From Clostridia bacterium (lineage in GTDB: Bacteria; Bacillota; Clostridia; TANB77; CAG-508): 50,444 bases of DNA. The DNA lies in NCBI GenBank assembly GCA_022790685.1, contig JAAVXQ010000063.1, positions 1 to 50,444 of the forward strand. Direction: 5' to 3'. The translations under genes and the position numbers were made by a program. Positions 37,765 through 47,901 of this stretch are shown here, piece after piece; the first letter of the stretch is position 1, and each line of letters begins with the position of its first letter. A model generated the notes under the pieces. That model worked only from the letters and a program-made list of their open reading frames with translations, did no database searches and had not been told where the DNA came from.

Positions 37765-37959
37765 CTATAATGAGCTAAAAACCCAACTTAATATTGATTT
37801 TGCTAAAATAAAAGCAAATATGAAAAGAAAGGCTAGTCCAACAAGCATTGGTGCATTTATCTTAACACCTGTACTTTCATTTATTTTTTCTGTTAATTTC
37901 TCTATCTTTTCCCAAATATTAAATAAAAAATCTGTTACCTTATCAAAAAATTCTTTCAT
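37765..37959 (-). CDS. Small membrane protein (64 aa) between dnaN and recF
   Basis: AAAGGGGAAA SD then ATG. One C-terminal TM helix (MLVGLAFLFIFAFILAKSIL). Tightly packed in the operon. Confidence 0.5.
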   Translation of the reverse strand: MKEFFDKVTDFLFNIWEKIEKLTEKINESTGVKINAPMLVGLAFLFIFAFILAKSILSWVFSSL

Positions 37960-38002
37960 TTGTTTCCCCTTTTTCCACTTATTGTTCTTTTTTTGTGGAT
38001 AT

Positions 38003-39118
38003 CTATTCTTTCATCTTTATTGGTAATATCATATATATATAGTCTCCATTTTCAACTGGTTTTATTATACAAGGTGATCTATTTGTTCCAAATTCAATAT
38101 AAACTTCTTCATCATCTATCGCTTTTAATGCATCTAAGAAAAATCTTGGATTAAAGCCTATTTCTAGTTCTTTCCCCTCTGTTTCTACTGCTATCTCTTC
38201 TTTTGCATCTCCTGTTTGATTTGCACAAGAAATTATAACTTTTCCTATTTCTATATTTATTTTTACAGGATATTTCTTTTCTTTTTCTATAGATGATGAT
38301 GATATAAGTAGAATTCTTTCAAAGCAATCTTGAATATTAGATTTATTAACTTTTATTCTTGTTTCCCATGCTGTTGGTATTGTATTAGAATATTTTAAAA
38401 ATTCTCCATCTAATAATCTTGTTACTATTTTACAATTTTCCATTTCAAATAAAGCTTGATTTTTTGAAATTCCTATTTTTACTGTTTCAAAGGAATCTGA
38501 TATTATTTTATTAACTTCATTTAGAGTTTTTCCTGGAATTACACTACAAAATCCTGTTACTTTCTCATTTATTACATTACTTTTTATTGCCAATCTATAA
38601 CCATCCACTGCTACAACATTTAATTTATTTTCTAAAACTTCAAATAAACAACCTGTAAAAATTGGTCTATTCTCTTCTGTACTAACTGCAAAAATTGTTC
38701 TTCTTATCATATTTTTTAAAACAGTTTGTTCTATTTCTATAGAATTATCTACATTTATTTTTGGAAGTTCTGGAAATTCATCTGGATTCATTGTAGATAA
38801 TTTATATAAAGAACCTTCGCATTCAATTTCTAATAATCTATTTTCATTTATTGATATTTTTATTTCTGTAGAAGGTAATTTTCTTATTATTTCACTAAAC
38901 ATTGTAGCATTTACTACTGTATTTCCCTGTTCTTCTATTTTTGCATCTAATATATATTCTATTCCTATTTCTAAATCGTAAGTAGTTAACTTTAATTCAT
39001 TATCATTTGTTTGAATAAGAATACCTTCTAATATAGGCATTGTTGTTTTTGAAGATACACCATTTATAACAGAATTTATTCCTTTTAATATTTTTTCTTT
39101 TTCACAAATAACTCGCAT
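38003..39118 (-). CDS. dnaN: DNA polymerase III beta sliding clamp
   Basis: 371 aa with the typical three-domain clamp sequence (PILEGILIQ, ENRPIFTGCLFE, VDGYRLA, GFNPRFFLDAL). Confidence 0.9.
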   Translation of the reverse strand: MRVICEKEKILKGINSVINGVSSKTTMPILEGILIQTNDNELKLTTYDLEIGIEYILDAKIEEQGNTVVNATMFSEIIRKLPSTEIKISINENRLLEIECEGSLYKLSTMNPDEFPELPKINVDNSIEIEQTVLKNMIRRTIFAVSTEENRPIFTGCLFEVLENKLNVVAVDGYRLAIKSNVINEKVTGFCSVIPGKTLNEVNKIISDSFETVKIGISKNQALFEMENCKIVTRLLDGEFLKYSNTIPTAWETRIKVNKSNIQDCFERILLISSSSIEKEKKYPVKINIEIGKVIISCANQTGDAKEEIAVETEGKELEIGFNPRFFLDALKAIDDEEVYIEFGTNRSPCIIKPVENGDYIYMILPIKMKE

Positions 39119-39439
39119 GTTCTTTTCTCCTTTTACTTATGATATATTATTAGTAGTATTAGTTATAGGTAGTGTGGATTTAGTGGAAAACTTCTCAAAC
39201 ATACTATTTCCCTAGTAAAAACTATGTGTATAATATTGTTTATAAAAAAGCTTTTTATCCACATTATTAAATTTCTTTTGTGATTTACTACTTATTAACA
39301 TCTTATTCGCAAGTTTTTCACAAAGGTTTGTTGATAACCTTTATAGCTATTCCGTAAGAGTTAAAAGAAGTTCGTTTGTAAAATTTTTGTTTTATAAAAC
39401 ATATTTTTTATAAAAGTCTAATTTTTATTTATATTTTAA
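39119..39439. promoter_or_regulatory. oriC, dnaA-dnaN intergenic part (DnaA boxes plus AT-rich unwinding region)
   Basis: TTATCCACA at 39255-39263. TGTGTATAA (= TTATACACA) at 39225-39233. TGTGGATTT at 39173-39181. The run 39380-39439 is almost pure A/T. Confidence 0.7.
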
Positions 39440-40789
39440 TTAATTACTATTTTGAATAATGTTTTTAACACTTTCCACAATTAGTTTTGTATTTGTATTT
39501 TCTTTAATTTCTTTTTCTATTTTTGTACAGGCATGCATTACTGTTGTATGGTCTCTATTTCCGAACTCTCCTCCTATTTTTGGAAAAGACATTTGAGCTG
39601 TGGTTCTACAAAGATACATAGCAATTTGTCTAGGGAAAGCTATATCATTAGACTTTTTAGAAGAAACTAAATCTTTCTTATCTATATTAAAATATTTTGC
39701 AACAACTTCTTGAATATATTCTGCCGAAATAATTTTTTCTTTTTGAAGAACTAAGTCATTTATTGCTTTTTCTGCCATTTCAATTGTTATAGGACTATGT
39801 GTAAGTGATGCATAAGCAATTATTTTATTTAAAGCTCCTTCAAGTTCTCTTATGTTTGAATCAATTTTTGTTGCTATAACTGATAATATGTAATCATCTA
39901 TGATAATATTTTCTAATTGTACTTTTTTTCTAAGTATTGCAAGACGTGTTTCATAGTCAGGCATTGAAATATCTGCTAATATTCCCCATTCAAATCTTGA
40001 TTTTAATCTTTCTTCTAATAAAGGTATATCTCTTGGTGGCTTATCACTAGAAATAATTATTTGCTTACCAGATTGATGAAGTGAATTAAAGGTATGGAAA
40101 AATTCTTCTTGTCCCATCTTTTTGCCAGCGATAAATTGAATATCATCAATTAATAAGACATCTATATTTCTATATTTATTCCTAAATAGTTCATTTTTAT
40201 AATTAGCATCTTTTATTGAGTTTACTAATTCGTTTATAAATTTTTCAGAGGTTACATATAAAATTTTGGTTTCTGGATGTGTTTGTAGAATTTTATTTCC
40301 AATTGCATGCATTAAGTGAGTTTTACCTAGTCCAACTCCTCCATAAATAAAAAGAGGATTATACGCAGTAGCTGGTGCTTCAGAAACAGCAAAGGCAGCT
40401 GCCTGAGCAAATTTATTATTGTTTCCAATAACAAAACTATCAAAAGTATATTTTGGATTTAAAAAACTATTTGCATAATTTTCAGTATTTGTATAATTTG
40501 TATCTTCTATAAGAGAATCCGCTACAGTATCTACTTTGTCTTGTTTTTCTATAATTTTAATTTCGCAAGTTTTATTTGTTATGAAATTAAATGTATTTGA
40601 AACTAAATCAAAAAGACGTGATTCAATAGCATCTTTTTGCATTTTTGAAAGAGCAACAAGAACGATTCGATTATCATTAACAGAGTCTATTTCTAAATTT
40701 TTAATCCAAGTTGTATAAGATATTGTTGTCATTTCTTCTTTTAGAAGATCTTTTGCTTTTGTAAGTAAATCATTCTTATCAGAATACAT
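39440..40789 (-). CDS. dnaA: Chromosomal replication initiator DnaA
   Basis: GGVGLGKTHLMHAIG, LLIDDIQF, C-terminal DNA-binding domain RDHTTVMHA. I prefer ATG at 40789 (GAAAGGGG SD 7 nt upstream). The track start 40837 would place two DnaA boxes inside the ORF. Confidence 0.9.
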   Translation of the reverse strand: MYSDKNDLLTKAKDLLKEEMTTISYTTWIKNLEIDSVNDNRIVLVALSKMQKDAIESRLFDLVSNTFNFITNKTCEIKIIEKQDKVDTVADSLIEDTNYTNTENYANSFLNPKYTFDSFVIGNNNKFAQAAAFAVSEAPATAYNPLFIYGGVGLGKTHLMHAIGNKILQTHPETKILYVTSEKFINELVNSIKDANYKNELFRNKYRNIDVLLIDDIQFIAGKKMGQEEFFHTFNSLHQSGKQIIISSDKPPRDIPLLEERLKSRFEWGILADISMPDYETRLAILRKKVQLENIIIDDYILSVIATKIDSNIRELEGALNKIIAYASLTHSPITIEMAEKAINDLVLQKEKIISAEYIQEVVAKYFNIDKKDLVSSKKSNDIAFPRQIAMYLCRTTAQMSFPKIGGEFGNRDHTTVMHACTKIEKEIKENTNTKLIVESVKNIIQNSN

Positions 40790-41146
40790 TAAGAAACCCC
40801 TTTCTTTAGAGTAATAGTTATCCACAATATTATCCACAGCACTGTGTGAAAATATACAAAATAATGTAATTTGAAGTTTATGTAAATTGTGGAAAACACA
40901 TATATCCGTAATATTTTATTGATGTCCCTATAATATCAAAAATAATAATAAATATCAAGATTAAAAATGAAATTAAATAATTTTTTTATTTTTTTATAAA
41001 AAATTATAATTAAATATTTATTTTATTTGATAAGCTTGACTTTTTTAGGTAATTTATAGTATAATCTATACTACTTGTGAATTATTTTGAATTCAAAAAA
41101 GTAAAATATAAAAAAATTAAATAAATATATATTTAGGAGGTGCAAA
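40790..41146. promoter_or_regulatory. oriC, rpmH-dnaA intergenic part (DnaA boxes, AT-rich region, divergent promoters)
   Basis: Perfect TTATCCACA at 40818-40826 and 40830-40838. TGTGGAAAA at 40888-40896. Long A/T tract at 40920-41020. rpmH promoter TTGACT-18-TATAAT at 41026-41055. Confidence 0.75.
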
Positions 41147-41281
41147 ATGAAAAGAACATATCAACCAAAAAAAAGACAAAGAAATAAAGTACATGGCTTT
41201 AGAAAAAGAATGCAAACAAGAGCAGGAAGAAAAGTTTTAAAAGCAAGAAGAAATAAAGGAAGAAAAAGTATTTGTGCTTAA
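41147..41281 (+). CDS. rpmH: 50S ribosomal protein L34
   Basis: Hand translation [52 protein letters not shown]. Too short for the ORF track. Confidence 0.9.
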   Translation: MKRTYQPKKRQRNKVHGFRKRMQTRAGRKVLKARRNKGRKSICA

Positions 41282-41366
41282 ATAAAAATAAAGGACGCAT
41301 AGCGCCCTTTTTTTAAGTCTTTTAATTTTTTATATGGAAAAAGGGAAGAGGAAAAAAGAAAAATTC

Positions 41367-41705
41367 ATGAAAAATACAGTAATGATTAAAAAAAATTATG
41401 AATTTAAAAAGTTTTTTTCAAAAGGAAAATTTTATTTAGGTGAATATATAAATATGTATATTCATTTTAATAAACTTTCTTATAATAAACTAGGAATAGC
41501 GGTATCAAAAAAAGCAGGAAAAGCAGTAAAAAGAAATAGAATTAAAAGATTAATTAGAGAAAATTACAAAATTATTGAAAGTAAGATAAATAGCGGTATT
41601 AATATTCTAATTATTATTAATAATAATGCAAATATAGAAAAGATATCTTATATAGGCATTAAAAAAGATTTTGAAAAAATATTAAAAAAAGCAAGAGTAC
41701 TATAA
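41367..41705 (+). CDS. rnpA: Ribonuclease P protein component
   Basis: MKNTVMIKKNYEFKKFFSKGK...GIAVSKKAGKAVKRNRIKRLIRE. The ATG at 41367 has a GAAGAGGA SD; the track start 41334 has none. Confidence 0.8.
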   Translation: MKNTVMIKKNYEFKKFFSKGKFYLGEYINMYIHFNKLSYNKLGIAVSKKAGKAVKRNRIKRLIRENYKIIESKINSGINILIIINNNANIEKISYIGIKKDFEKILKKARVL

Positions 41706-41706
41706 A

Positions 41707-41928
41707 ATGAAAAAAATAATAATAGGATTAATAATATTTTATAAAAAACATATTTCTTTATATTTGGAACACTTAGGGATACACTGTAAATATGAACCAA
41801 CTTGTTCAGAATACATGTTGCAAGCAGTAGAAGAGTATGGGGTAAAAAGAGGATTAATATTAGGCATAAAAAGAATATTAAAATGCAATCCATTTTCAAA
41901 AGGGGGATATGATCCGCTTAAAAAATAG
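41707..41928 (+). CDS. yidD: Membrane protein insertion efficiency factor YidD
   Basis: CKYEPTCSEYMLQAVEEYG...RILKCNPFSKGGYDP. Confidence 0.85.
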   Translation: MKKIIIGLIIFYKKHISLYLEHLGIHCKYEPTCSEYMLQAVEEYGVKRGLILGIKRILKCNPFSKGGYDPLKK

Positions 41929-41936
41929 GAGGAAAG

Positions 41937-42782
41937 ATGTTTAATTTTTTTGCAAATGCATTTGGTTATGTTTTAAATGCAATTTATAATTTAGTTAACA
42001 ACTATGGTGTTGCTATAATTATTTTTACAATTATTTTAAAACTTTTAATGTTACCAATTTCTATAAAGCAACAAAAGACATTAAAAAAATCAGCAAAAAT
42101 ACAAGAAAAATCGAAAGAATTACAAGAAAAATATTCTTCAGATCAAGTAAGACTTAGTCAAGAACTTATGGATTTATATAAGAAAGAAAATATGAGTCCA
42201 TTAAGTGGTTGTTTAAGCTCTATAATTCAGCTTATTATAATATTATCTATATTTTATTTAGTAAGTAGACCACTTACATACATGAAACATATAGATGCAG
42301 AAACAATTAATAATTACACAACAGAATTATCACAAAATGGAGAAAGAATAAATTATCCAGAAATTGCAATAATAAAAAAACACTCTGCTCAAGATGAGAG
42401 AGTAAGACTGAATATGGATTTCTTAGGTTTAAACTTAAGTGATGTTCCATCACAAAACTATTCTGATATAAGAGTATTTATTATTCCTGTATTATATGTA
42501 ATAACTTCATTAATTTCTATGAAAATTACAACAAATATGAGTAAAAAGGAAAAAAGCAAAAATGAAATAGAAAATAAAGAGAAGAAACAGGATGACGAAA
42601 TAGATGCAATGGAAGAAATGAATAAAAACATGTCTTTAATGATGCCTATAATGTCTGTAAGTATTGCACTTATAGCTCCACTTGGTTTAGCTTTATACTG
42701 GCTAGTAAGTAATATACTAATGATTGCTGAAAGAATTGTTATAAATAAGTTTTTCAAAAAAGATGATGAGGAGGAAGTATAA
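41937..42782 (+). CDS. yidC: Membrane protein insertase YidC/SpoIIIJ
   Basis: GVAIIIFTIILKLLMLPISIKQQKT, NMSPLSGCLSSIIQLIIILSIF, LALYWLVSNILMI. Confidence 0.85.
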   Translation: MFNFFANAFGYVLNAIYNLVNNYGVAIIIFTIILKLLMLPISIKQQKTLKKSAKIQEKSKELQEKYSSDQVRLSQELMDLYKKENMSPLSGCLSSIIQLIIILSIFYLVSRPLTYMKHIDAETINNYTTELSQNGERINYPEIAIIKKHSAQDERVRLNMDFLGLNLSDVPSQNYSDIRVFIIPVLYVITSLISMKITTNMSKKEKSKNEIENKEKKQDDEIDAMEEMNKNMSLMMPIMSVSIALIAPLGLALYWLVSNILMIAERIVINKFFKKDDEEEV

Positions 42783-43469
42783 ATGGATAAAACATATATT
42801 TTTGAAGGAAAAACTACAAATGAAGCGATTGAGAAAGGTCTTAGTGAACTAAAGGTTTCAAAAAACAAAGTAGATATAAAAGTATTAGAAACAGAAGATA
42901 AAAGAAGTTTCTTTAGTATATTAACACCAAGAATTGTAAAAGTAGAAATAAAACTAAAAGAAGATGTGGCAGAAGAAAAAAAGACAACAAAAGTATCTAA
43001 TATAACTCCAGAAGATAAAGAAAAAGCAAAAGAAAATTTAAAAGCCTTTTTAGATGAATTTATTTCAAAATTGCCAACAAAAGATTTAAAGTATGAGCTA
43101 AAAGAAGAAAATGATATGATAGAAGTAAACATTATAGGTGATGACACAGGATATTTAATAGGATATAGGGGAGAAGTATTAAATAGTTTACAAACTATTG
43201 TAACTAATATAGCATCAAAAGAATCACATGAAAAAGTAAGAGTATTATTAAATATAGGTGGTTATAGAGAAAAAAGAAAGAAAGACTTAGAAGTATTAGC
43301 AATGAAAATTGCTGGTTCTGTGATTAAAACAAGAAAATCAATAACTTTAGAACCAATGTCAGCATATGAGAGAAAAATAATTCATACAAAATTGCAAGAA
43401 AATAATAAAATAAAAACATATAGTGTAGGAGAAGAACCATATAGAAAAGTTGTTGTAGCATTAAAATAA
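42783..43469 (+). CDS. jag: Jag/KhpB RNA-binding protein (Jag_N, KH, R3H)
   Basis: N-terminal Jag domain, GYRGEVLNSLQ (KH), LEPMSAYERKIIH (R3H). Follows yidC. Confidence 0.8.
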   Translation: MDKTYIFEGKTTNEAIEKGLSELKVSKNKVDIKVLETEDKRSFFSILTPRIVKVEIKLKEDVAEEKKTTKVSNITPEDKEKAKENLKAFLDEFISKLPTKDLKYELKEENDMIEVNIIGDDTGYLIGYRGEVLNSLQTIVTNIASKESHEKVRVLLNIGGYREKRKKDLEVLAMKIAGSVIKTRKSITLEPMSAYERKIIHTKLQENNKIKTYSVGEEPYRKVVVALK

Positions 43470-43474
43470 TAATG

Positions 43475-43508
43475 AAAAAGAACATGTTAAGGACATGTTC
43501 TTTTTTTA
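43475..43508 (+). terminator. Terminator after jag
   Basis: Stem aaaaagaacatgt / acatgttcttttt followed by a T-run. Confidence 0.7.
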
Positions 43509-43609
43509 TGCAGGTTATACTATTTATTTATAAAATAAATAAATTTCTTGTATAATTATGTAAAGTGTGGTAAAATAATAGTTGATTTTTAATAAGAAAA
43601 GGAGATAAT

Positions 43610-44977
43610 ATGAGCACAATAGCAGCTATATCAACAGCACCAGGAATAGGTGGAATAGGCATTATAAGAATGAGTGGGGAAGAGTGCTTTGAAATATTAG
43701 ATAAGATATTTGTTCAAAAAAAACCTCAAAGAATAGAAGATATAAAAGGCTATACTATAAAATATGGAAATATTGTAAATGAAGACAAAAAAATAATAGA
43801 TGAGGTATTAGTTTCATATTTTAAAGCTCCAAAGAGCTATACTTCTGAAAATATGTGTGAAATAAATTCTCATGGTGGAACAGTAATAATGAATGAAATT
43901 TTAGAGATTTGTATAAAAAATGGAGCAAATCTTGCAGAGCCTGGTGAATTTACTAAAAGAGCCTTTTTAAATGGAAGATTAGATTTAACCCAAGCAGAAG
44001 CTGTTATAGATATAATAAATGCAAAAACAGATAAAGAAGCTAAAGTTTCTCTAAAGCAATTAGAAGGAAATTTATCTACAGAAATAACTAAAATAAGAAA
44101 AAAAATTATTTCTGTATTAGCTGATATTGAGGCAAGCATTGATTATCCAGAATATGATATAGAAGAAGTAACAAATTCTAAAATTTTAAATATTTTAGAA
44201 GAAGTAGGATTAGACTTAGATAAATTGGAAAAAACGTTTTATAGTGGTAAAATCCTAAGAGAAGGAATAAAAACAGCAATAATAGGAAGACCTAATGCTG
44301 GAAAATCGTCACTATTAAATGTTATTTTGAATGAAGAAAGAGCAATTGTAACAGAGTATGAAGGAACGACAAGAGATTCAATAGAAGAGTTTATTAATAT
44401 AGAAGGAATACCATTAAAGATAATAGATACAGCGGGAATAAGAGATGCTGAAGACGTTGTAGAGAAAATTGGTGTAGATAAAGCCATCGAAATTGCTAAA
44501 AATAGTGATATAATTATAGCAATTTTTGATATAACTAAAGAATTAAACAAAGAAGATGAGAAGATTTTAGAATTACTTAAAGCAAAAAAAGCAATTATAG
44601 TACTAAATAAAGTAGATTTAAATAAAAGAGCAAATATAAGAAAAATTAAAGAACAAAACCTTCCAATTATTGAGATATCAACAAGGACAAGAGAAGGTAT
44701 AGATAAGTTATATGAAGAAATATCTAATATGCTTAAACTAAAAGATATTGGAAATGATGAAGAAATAATAGTAAGCAATTTAAGACATAAAAGCTTAATA
44801 ATAAATTCTAAAAATAATTTGAAAAAAGCAAAAGAAACAATTGAAAATAATATGCCAATAGATGTAATTTCATCATATATGAAAGAAATTATAGAAGAAC
44901 TTGGTAAGATTACAGGGCAAAGTGTTACAGAGGAGGTTATAAATGAAATTTTTTCTAAATTTTGTCTTGGAAAATAA
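43610..44977 (+). CDS. mnmE: tRNA modification GTPase MnmE
   Basis: IAAISTAPGIGGIGIIRMSG, GRPNAGKSSLLN, DTAGIR, C-terminal FCLGK. Confidence 0.9.
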   Translation: MSTIAAISTAPGIGGIGIIRMSGEECFEILDKIFVQKKPQRIEDIKGYTIKYGNIVNEDKKIIDEVLVSYFKAPKSYTSENMCEINSHGGTVIMNEILEICIKNGANLAEPGEFTKRAFLNGRLDLTQAEAVIDIINAKTDKEAKVSLKQLEGNLSTEITKIRKKIISVLADIEASIDYPEYDIEEVTNSKILNILEEVGLDLDKLEKTFYSGKILREGIKTAIIGRPNAGKSSLLNVILNEERAIVTEYEGTTRDSIEEFINIEGIPLKIIDTAGIRDAEDVVEKIGVDKAIEIAKNSDIIIAIFDITKELNKEDEKILELLKAKKAIIVLNKVDLNKRANIRKIKEQNLPIIEISTRTREGIDKLYEEISNMLKLKDIGNDEEIIVSNLRHKSLIINSKNNLKKAKETIENNMPIDVISSYMKEIIEELGKITGQSVTEEVINEIFSKFCLGK

Positions 44978-44989
44978 AAAATAGAAGTT

Positions 44990-45012
44990 AAATGTTTCAC
45001 GATAAACATTTT
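44990..45012. promoter_or_regulatory. parS-like site, copy A (mnmE-mnmG intergenic)
   Basis: aaaTGTTTCACGATAAACAtttt. Core differs at 2 of 16 positions from the TGTTNCACGTGAAACA consensus. Identical 23-mer to copy B in the opposite orientation. Confidence 0.5.
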
Positions 45013-45028
45013 GTAGGAGAAGAAAAAA

Positions 45029-46912
45029 ATGAGTTATAATGCAGGAGAATATGATATAGCTGTAATAGGAGCTGGACATGCTGGTTGTGAGGCTGCTTTA
45101 GCAGCGGCAAGACTTGGAATGAAAACACTTATATTTTCTATAAGTCTCGAAGCTGTTGCTAATATGCCATGTAATCCACATATAGGTGGAACCTCAAAAG
45201 GTCATTTAGTAAGAGAAATAGATAGCCTTGGTGGAGAAATGGGAAAAAACATAGACAAAACATTGATACAGTTAAGAATGCTTAACACATCAAAAGGACC
45301 AGCAGTTCATTCTCTAAGAGCTCAAGCTGATAGAAAAAAATATCAAGCAGAGATGAAACATACTTTAGAAAAGCAAGAAAATGTTTTTTTAAAACAAGCA
45401 GAAATAGTAAAGATAAATGTAGAAGATGGAGAAGTTAAATCAATAGAGACACATTTAGGAGCAATTTATAATATTAGAGCCCTAATAATAGCGACAGGAA
45501 CATACTTAAAAGGTAAGATTTTTATTGGAGAAAATAGTTTTGAAAGTGGACCGGATGGTGTTTTTGCAGCAAATAAATTATCAGATTGCTTAAAAGAATT
45601 GGGAATAGAGATACAAAGATTTAAAACAGGAACTCCTGCAAGAATTAATAAAAATAGTATAGATTTTTCAAAAATGGAGATACAAGAAGGAGATGAAGAC
45701 ATAGTACCATTTTCTTTTGATGATGAGTCACCAAAAATTGAGCAGGAACCATGTTATCTTACTTATACAAATGAAAAAACACATGAAATTATAAGAAAAA
45801 ACTTACATAGATCACCATTATATGCTGGTCTAATAGAAGGAACTGGGCCAAGATATTGTCCTTCTATTGAAGATAAAGTAGTTAGATTTGCTGATAAAGA
45901 TAGACATCAGATTTTTGTAGAACCAATTGGAAAAGATACTGATGAGATGTATATACAAGGAATGAGTTCTTCTTTGCCAGAAGATGTTCAAATCGAAATG
46001 TATAGAACGTTACCAGGATTGGAAAATGCTGAATTTACAAGACCAGCATATGCTATAGAATATGATTCTATTGAGCCATCTCAGCTTAAAAGTTCATTAG
46101 AATTAAAAAAAATATCTGGAATTTTTTGTGCAGGACAAATAAATGGAACCTCTGGGTATGAAGAAGCAGCAGCTCAAGGGCTTATGGCAGGAATAAATGC
46201 TACTCAAAAATTAAAAGGAAAAGAACCATTAATCTTAGATAGGTCAGAAGCATATATAGGAGTTTTAATAGATGATATTGTTACTAAAAGTACTTTAGAA
46301 CCATATCGAATGATGACTTCTAGAGCTGAATATAGATTATTATTAAGACAAGATAATGCTGATTTAAGATTAACAGAAATAGGTCATAGAATTGGTCTTA
46401 TAACAGATGAGAGATTTAAAAAGTTTAATATAAAAAAAGAACAAATTGAAAAAGAAATAGAAAGATTGAGTTCTACAAATATTAAGCCAACAGAAGAAAC
46501 AAACAATCTTTTAATTAAGCTAGGAACTACTCCATTAGTAGCTGGAACAAAAATATCAGAACTACTTAAAAGAACAGAGATTACATATGAAAACATAAAA
46601 GAATTAGATAAAGAAAGACCAGATTTAGATAGGCAAGTAAGAGAAGAAGTAGAAATCATGGTAAAATATGAAGGCTATATAGAAATGCAAAAAAGACAAG
46701 TGGAGGGCTTTAAAAAGTTAGAGAAAAAAATATTACCAGAAGAGATTGATTATAGTCAAATAAAAGGAATACGACTAGAAGCTAGACAAAAATTAAATAA
46801 ATATAAACCATACTCTATAGGTCAGGCATCAAGAATATCTGGAGTATCACCAGCAGATATTTCTGTGTTATTAATATATTTAGAACAATATAATAAAAAT
46901 AAAGGAAAATAA
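45029..46912 (+). CDS. mnmG: tRNA uridine 5-carboxymethylaminomethyl modification enzyme MnmG
   Basis: [35 protein letters not shown]-terminal [22 protein letters not shown]. Confidence 0.95.
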   Translation: MSYNAGEYDIAVIGAGHAGCEAALAAARLGMKTLIFSISLEAVANMPCNPHIGGTSKGHLVREIDSLGGEMGKNIDKTLIQLRMLNTSKGPAVHSLRAQADRKKYQAEMKHTLEKQENVFLKQAEIVKINVEDGEVKSIETHLGAIYNIRALIIATGTYLKGKIFIGENSFESGPDGVFAANKLSDCLKELGIEIQRFKTGTPARINKNSIDFSKMEIQEGDEDIVPFSFDDESPKIEQEPCYLTYTNEKTHEIIRKNLHRSPLYAGLIEGTGPRYCPSIEDKVVRFADKDRHQIFVEPIGKDTDEMYIQGMSSSLPEDVQIEMYRTLPGLENAEFTRPAYAIEYDSIEPSQLKSSLELKKISGIFCAGQINGTSGYEEAAAQGLMAGINATQKLKGKEPLILDRSEAYIGVLIDDIVTKSTLEPYRMMTSRAEYRLLLRQDNADLRLTEIGHRIGLITDERFKKFNIKKEQIEKEIERLSSTNIKPTEETNNLLIKLGTTPLVAGTKISELLKRTEITYENIKELDKERPDLDRQVREEVEIMVKYEGYIEMQKRQVEGFKKLEKKILPEEIDYSQIKGIRLEARQKLNKYKPYSIGQASRISGVSPADISVLLIYLEQYNKNKGK

Positions 46913-46915
46913 TAA

Positions 46916-47635
46916 ATGAGCAAAGAAGAATTTGAAAAAATCTTAATAGAATTAGCTAATTCTATTGATGTTAAAATAAACGAAGAAACTATATATATGT
47001 TTTATCAATATATGAAAGAAATTATTGAGTGGAATGATAAGGTAAACCTAACAGCAATAACAGATGAAAAAATGTTTATCGTGAAACATTTTATAGATTC
47101 ACTTACTGTAAGTAAAGAAATTGAAGATAAAAATACTATTATTGATATAGGAACAGGAGCGGGGTTTCCTGGCATACCACTTAAAATAAATTTTCCAGAG
47201 AAGAAAATAACATTAATAGATGCAGTAAATAAAAAATTAAATGTAATAAGAGATATAACTTCAAAATTTAATATGGATAAATTAGAAATAATTCATACAA
47301 GAGCAGAAGATTTAGCAAATAATGATAAATACAGAGAAAAATATGATGTTGCTATAACAAGAGCAGTATCTAATTTGTCTACAATAGTAGAATACATGTT
47401 ACCTTTTGTAAAGAAGGATGGTATAGCAATATGTATGAAAGGTCCAAGTTTTAAAGAAGAATTAGAAGAAAGCAAAAAGGCTATAGAGGTGCTAGGAGGA
47501 AAGGTAGAAAATATTAAAACAATATTTATTGAAAATGAAATAGAAAGAAATATTATAGTTATAAAAAAAATCAAAGCTACTCCAAAACAATTTCCAAGAG
47601 GAAAAGGAAAGCCACAAAAAGAGCCAATTAAATAG
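46916..47635 (+). CDS. rsmG: 16S rRNA (guanine527-N7)-methyltransferase RsmG
   Basis: WNDKVNLTAI, IDIGTGAGFPGIPLKI, DVAITRAV. Confidence 0.9.
   Translation: MSKEEFEKILIELANSIDVKINEETIYMFYQYMKEIIEWNDKVNLTAITDEKMFIVKHFIDSLTVSKEIEDKNTIIDIGTGAGFPGIPLKINFPEKKITLIDAVNKKLNVIRDITSKFNMDKLEIIHTRAEDLANNDKYREKYDVAITRAVSNLSTIVEYMLPFVKKDGIAICMKGPSFKEELEESKKAIEVLGGKVENIKTIFIENEIERNIIVIKKIKATPKQFPRGKGKPQKEPIK
47069..47092. promoter_or_regulatory. parS-like site, copy B (inside rsmG)
   Basis: aaaaTGTTTATCGTGAAACAttt, the exact reverse complement of copy A over 23 nt. Confidence 0.5.
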
Positions 47636-47642
47636 GTAAAAG

Positions 47643-47673
47643 AGAAATGTTCTACATAGAACATTTCTTTTTT
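47643..47673 (+). terminator. Terminator after rsmG
   Basis: Stem agaaatgttct / agaacatttct with loop acat, followed by a T-run. Confidence 0.7.
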
Positions 47674-47795
47674 ATAATAAGTACTTATTTATAAATTATA
47701 ATGATTACCTTTTAATAATAATGAAATTATAAGAAATGCATAGTAACATATAAAATATAGTTAAATGTGTAAGAATAGCATATAATTATAAACAA

Positions 47796-47811
47796 TGTTT
47801 TTCGTGGAACA
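47796..47811. promoter_or_regulatory. Degenerate parS-like site, copy C (rsmG-soj intergenic)
   Basis: TGTTTTTCGTGGAACA. Its reverse complement aaaTGTTCCACGAAAAACAtt differs from copy A at 2 core positions. Confidence 0.35.
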
Positions 47812-47901
47812 TTTTTAAAATTATAATTAGAGTAAGGTTTATAGAGATTATAGTTACTATTTTTCATCAATATAAAAGTTAATGTTTTTAAACAAAATCA
47901 A

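Noticed and set aside
40790-40837. The 16-codon N-terminal extension of dnaA in the ORF track (MDNIVDNYYSKERGFL).
   Set aside because: The extension is made of two perfect TTATCCACA DnaA boxes read in frame (rev-comp codons ...GTG GAT AAT ATT GTG GAT AAC) and has no SD. The internal ATG at 40789 has a GAAAGGGG SD.
41334-41366. The 11-codon N-terminal extension of rnpA (MEKGKRKKEKF).
   Set aside because: There is no SD before 41334, and the purine-rich stretch itself is the SD for the ATG at 41367.
42458-43147. Long antisense ORFs in the six-frame track. Examples are 42458-43147, 44239-45009, 6972-7469, 26367-26819, 9998-10378, 16111-16497, 47293-47664, 31637-31969 and 27401-27736.
   Set aside because: Each lies exactly antisense to a confidently recognised gene. 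Each translates to S/F/I/L-rich low-complexity sequence and lacks an SD. Purine-rich, A-rich sense strands deplete stop codons on the opposite strand, so these are shadow ORFs.
47643-47668. The rsmG terminator palindrome (AAATGTTCTA..TAGAACATTT) as a further parS site.
   Set aside because: It shares only the outer AAATGTT/AACATTT arms with the parS-like 23-mer and lacks the CACG core. It is followed by a T-run directly after a stop codon, so a terminator explains it.
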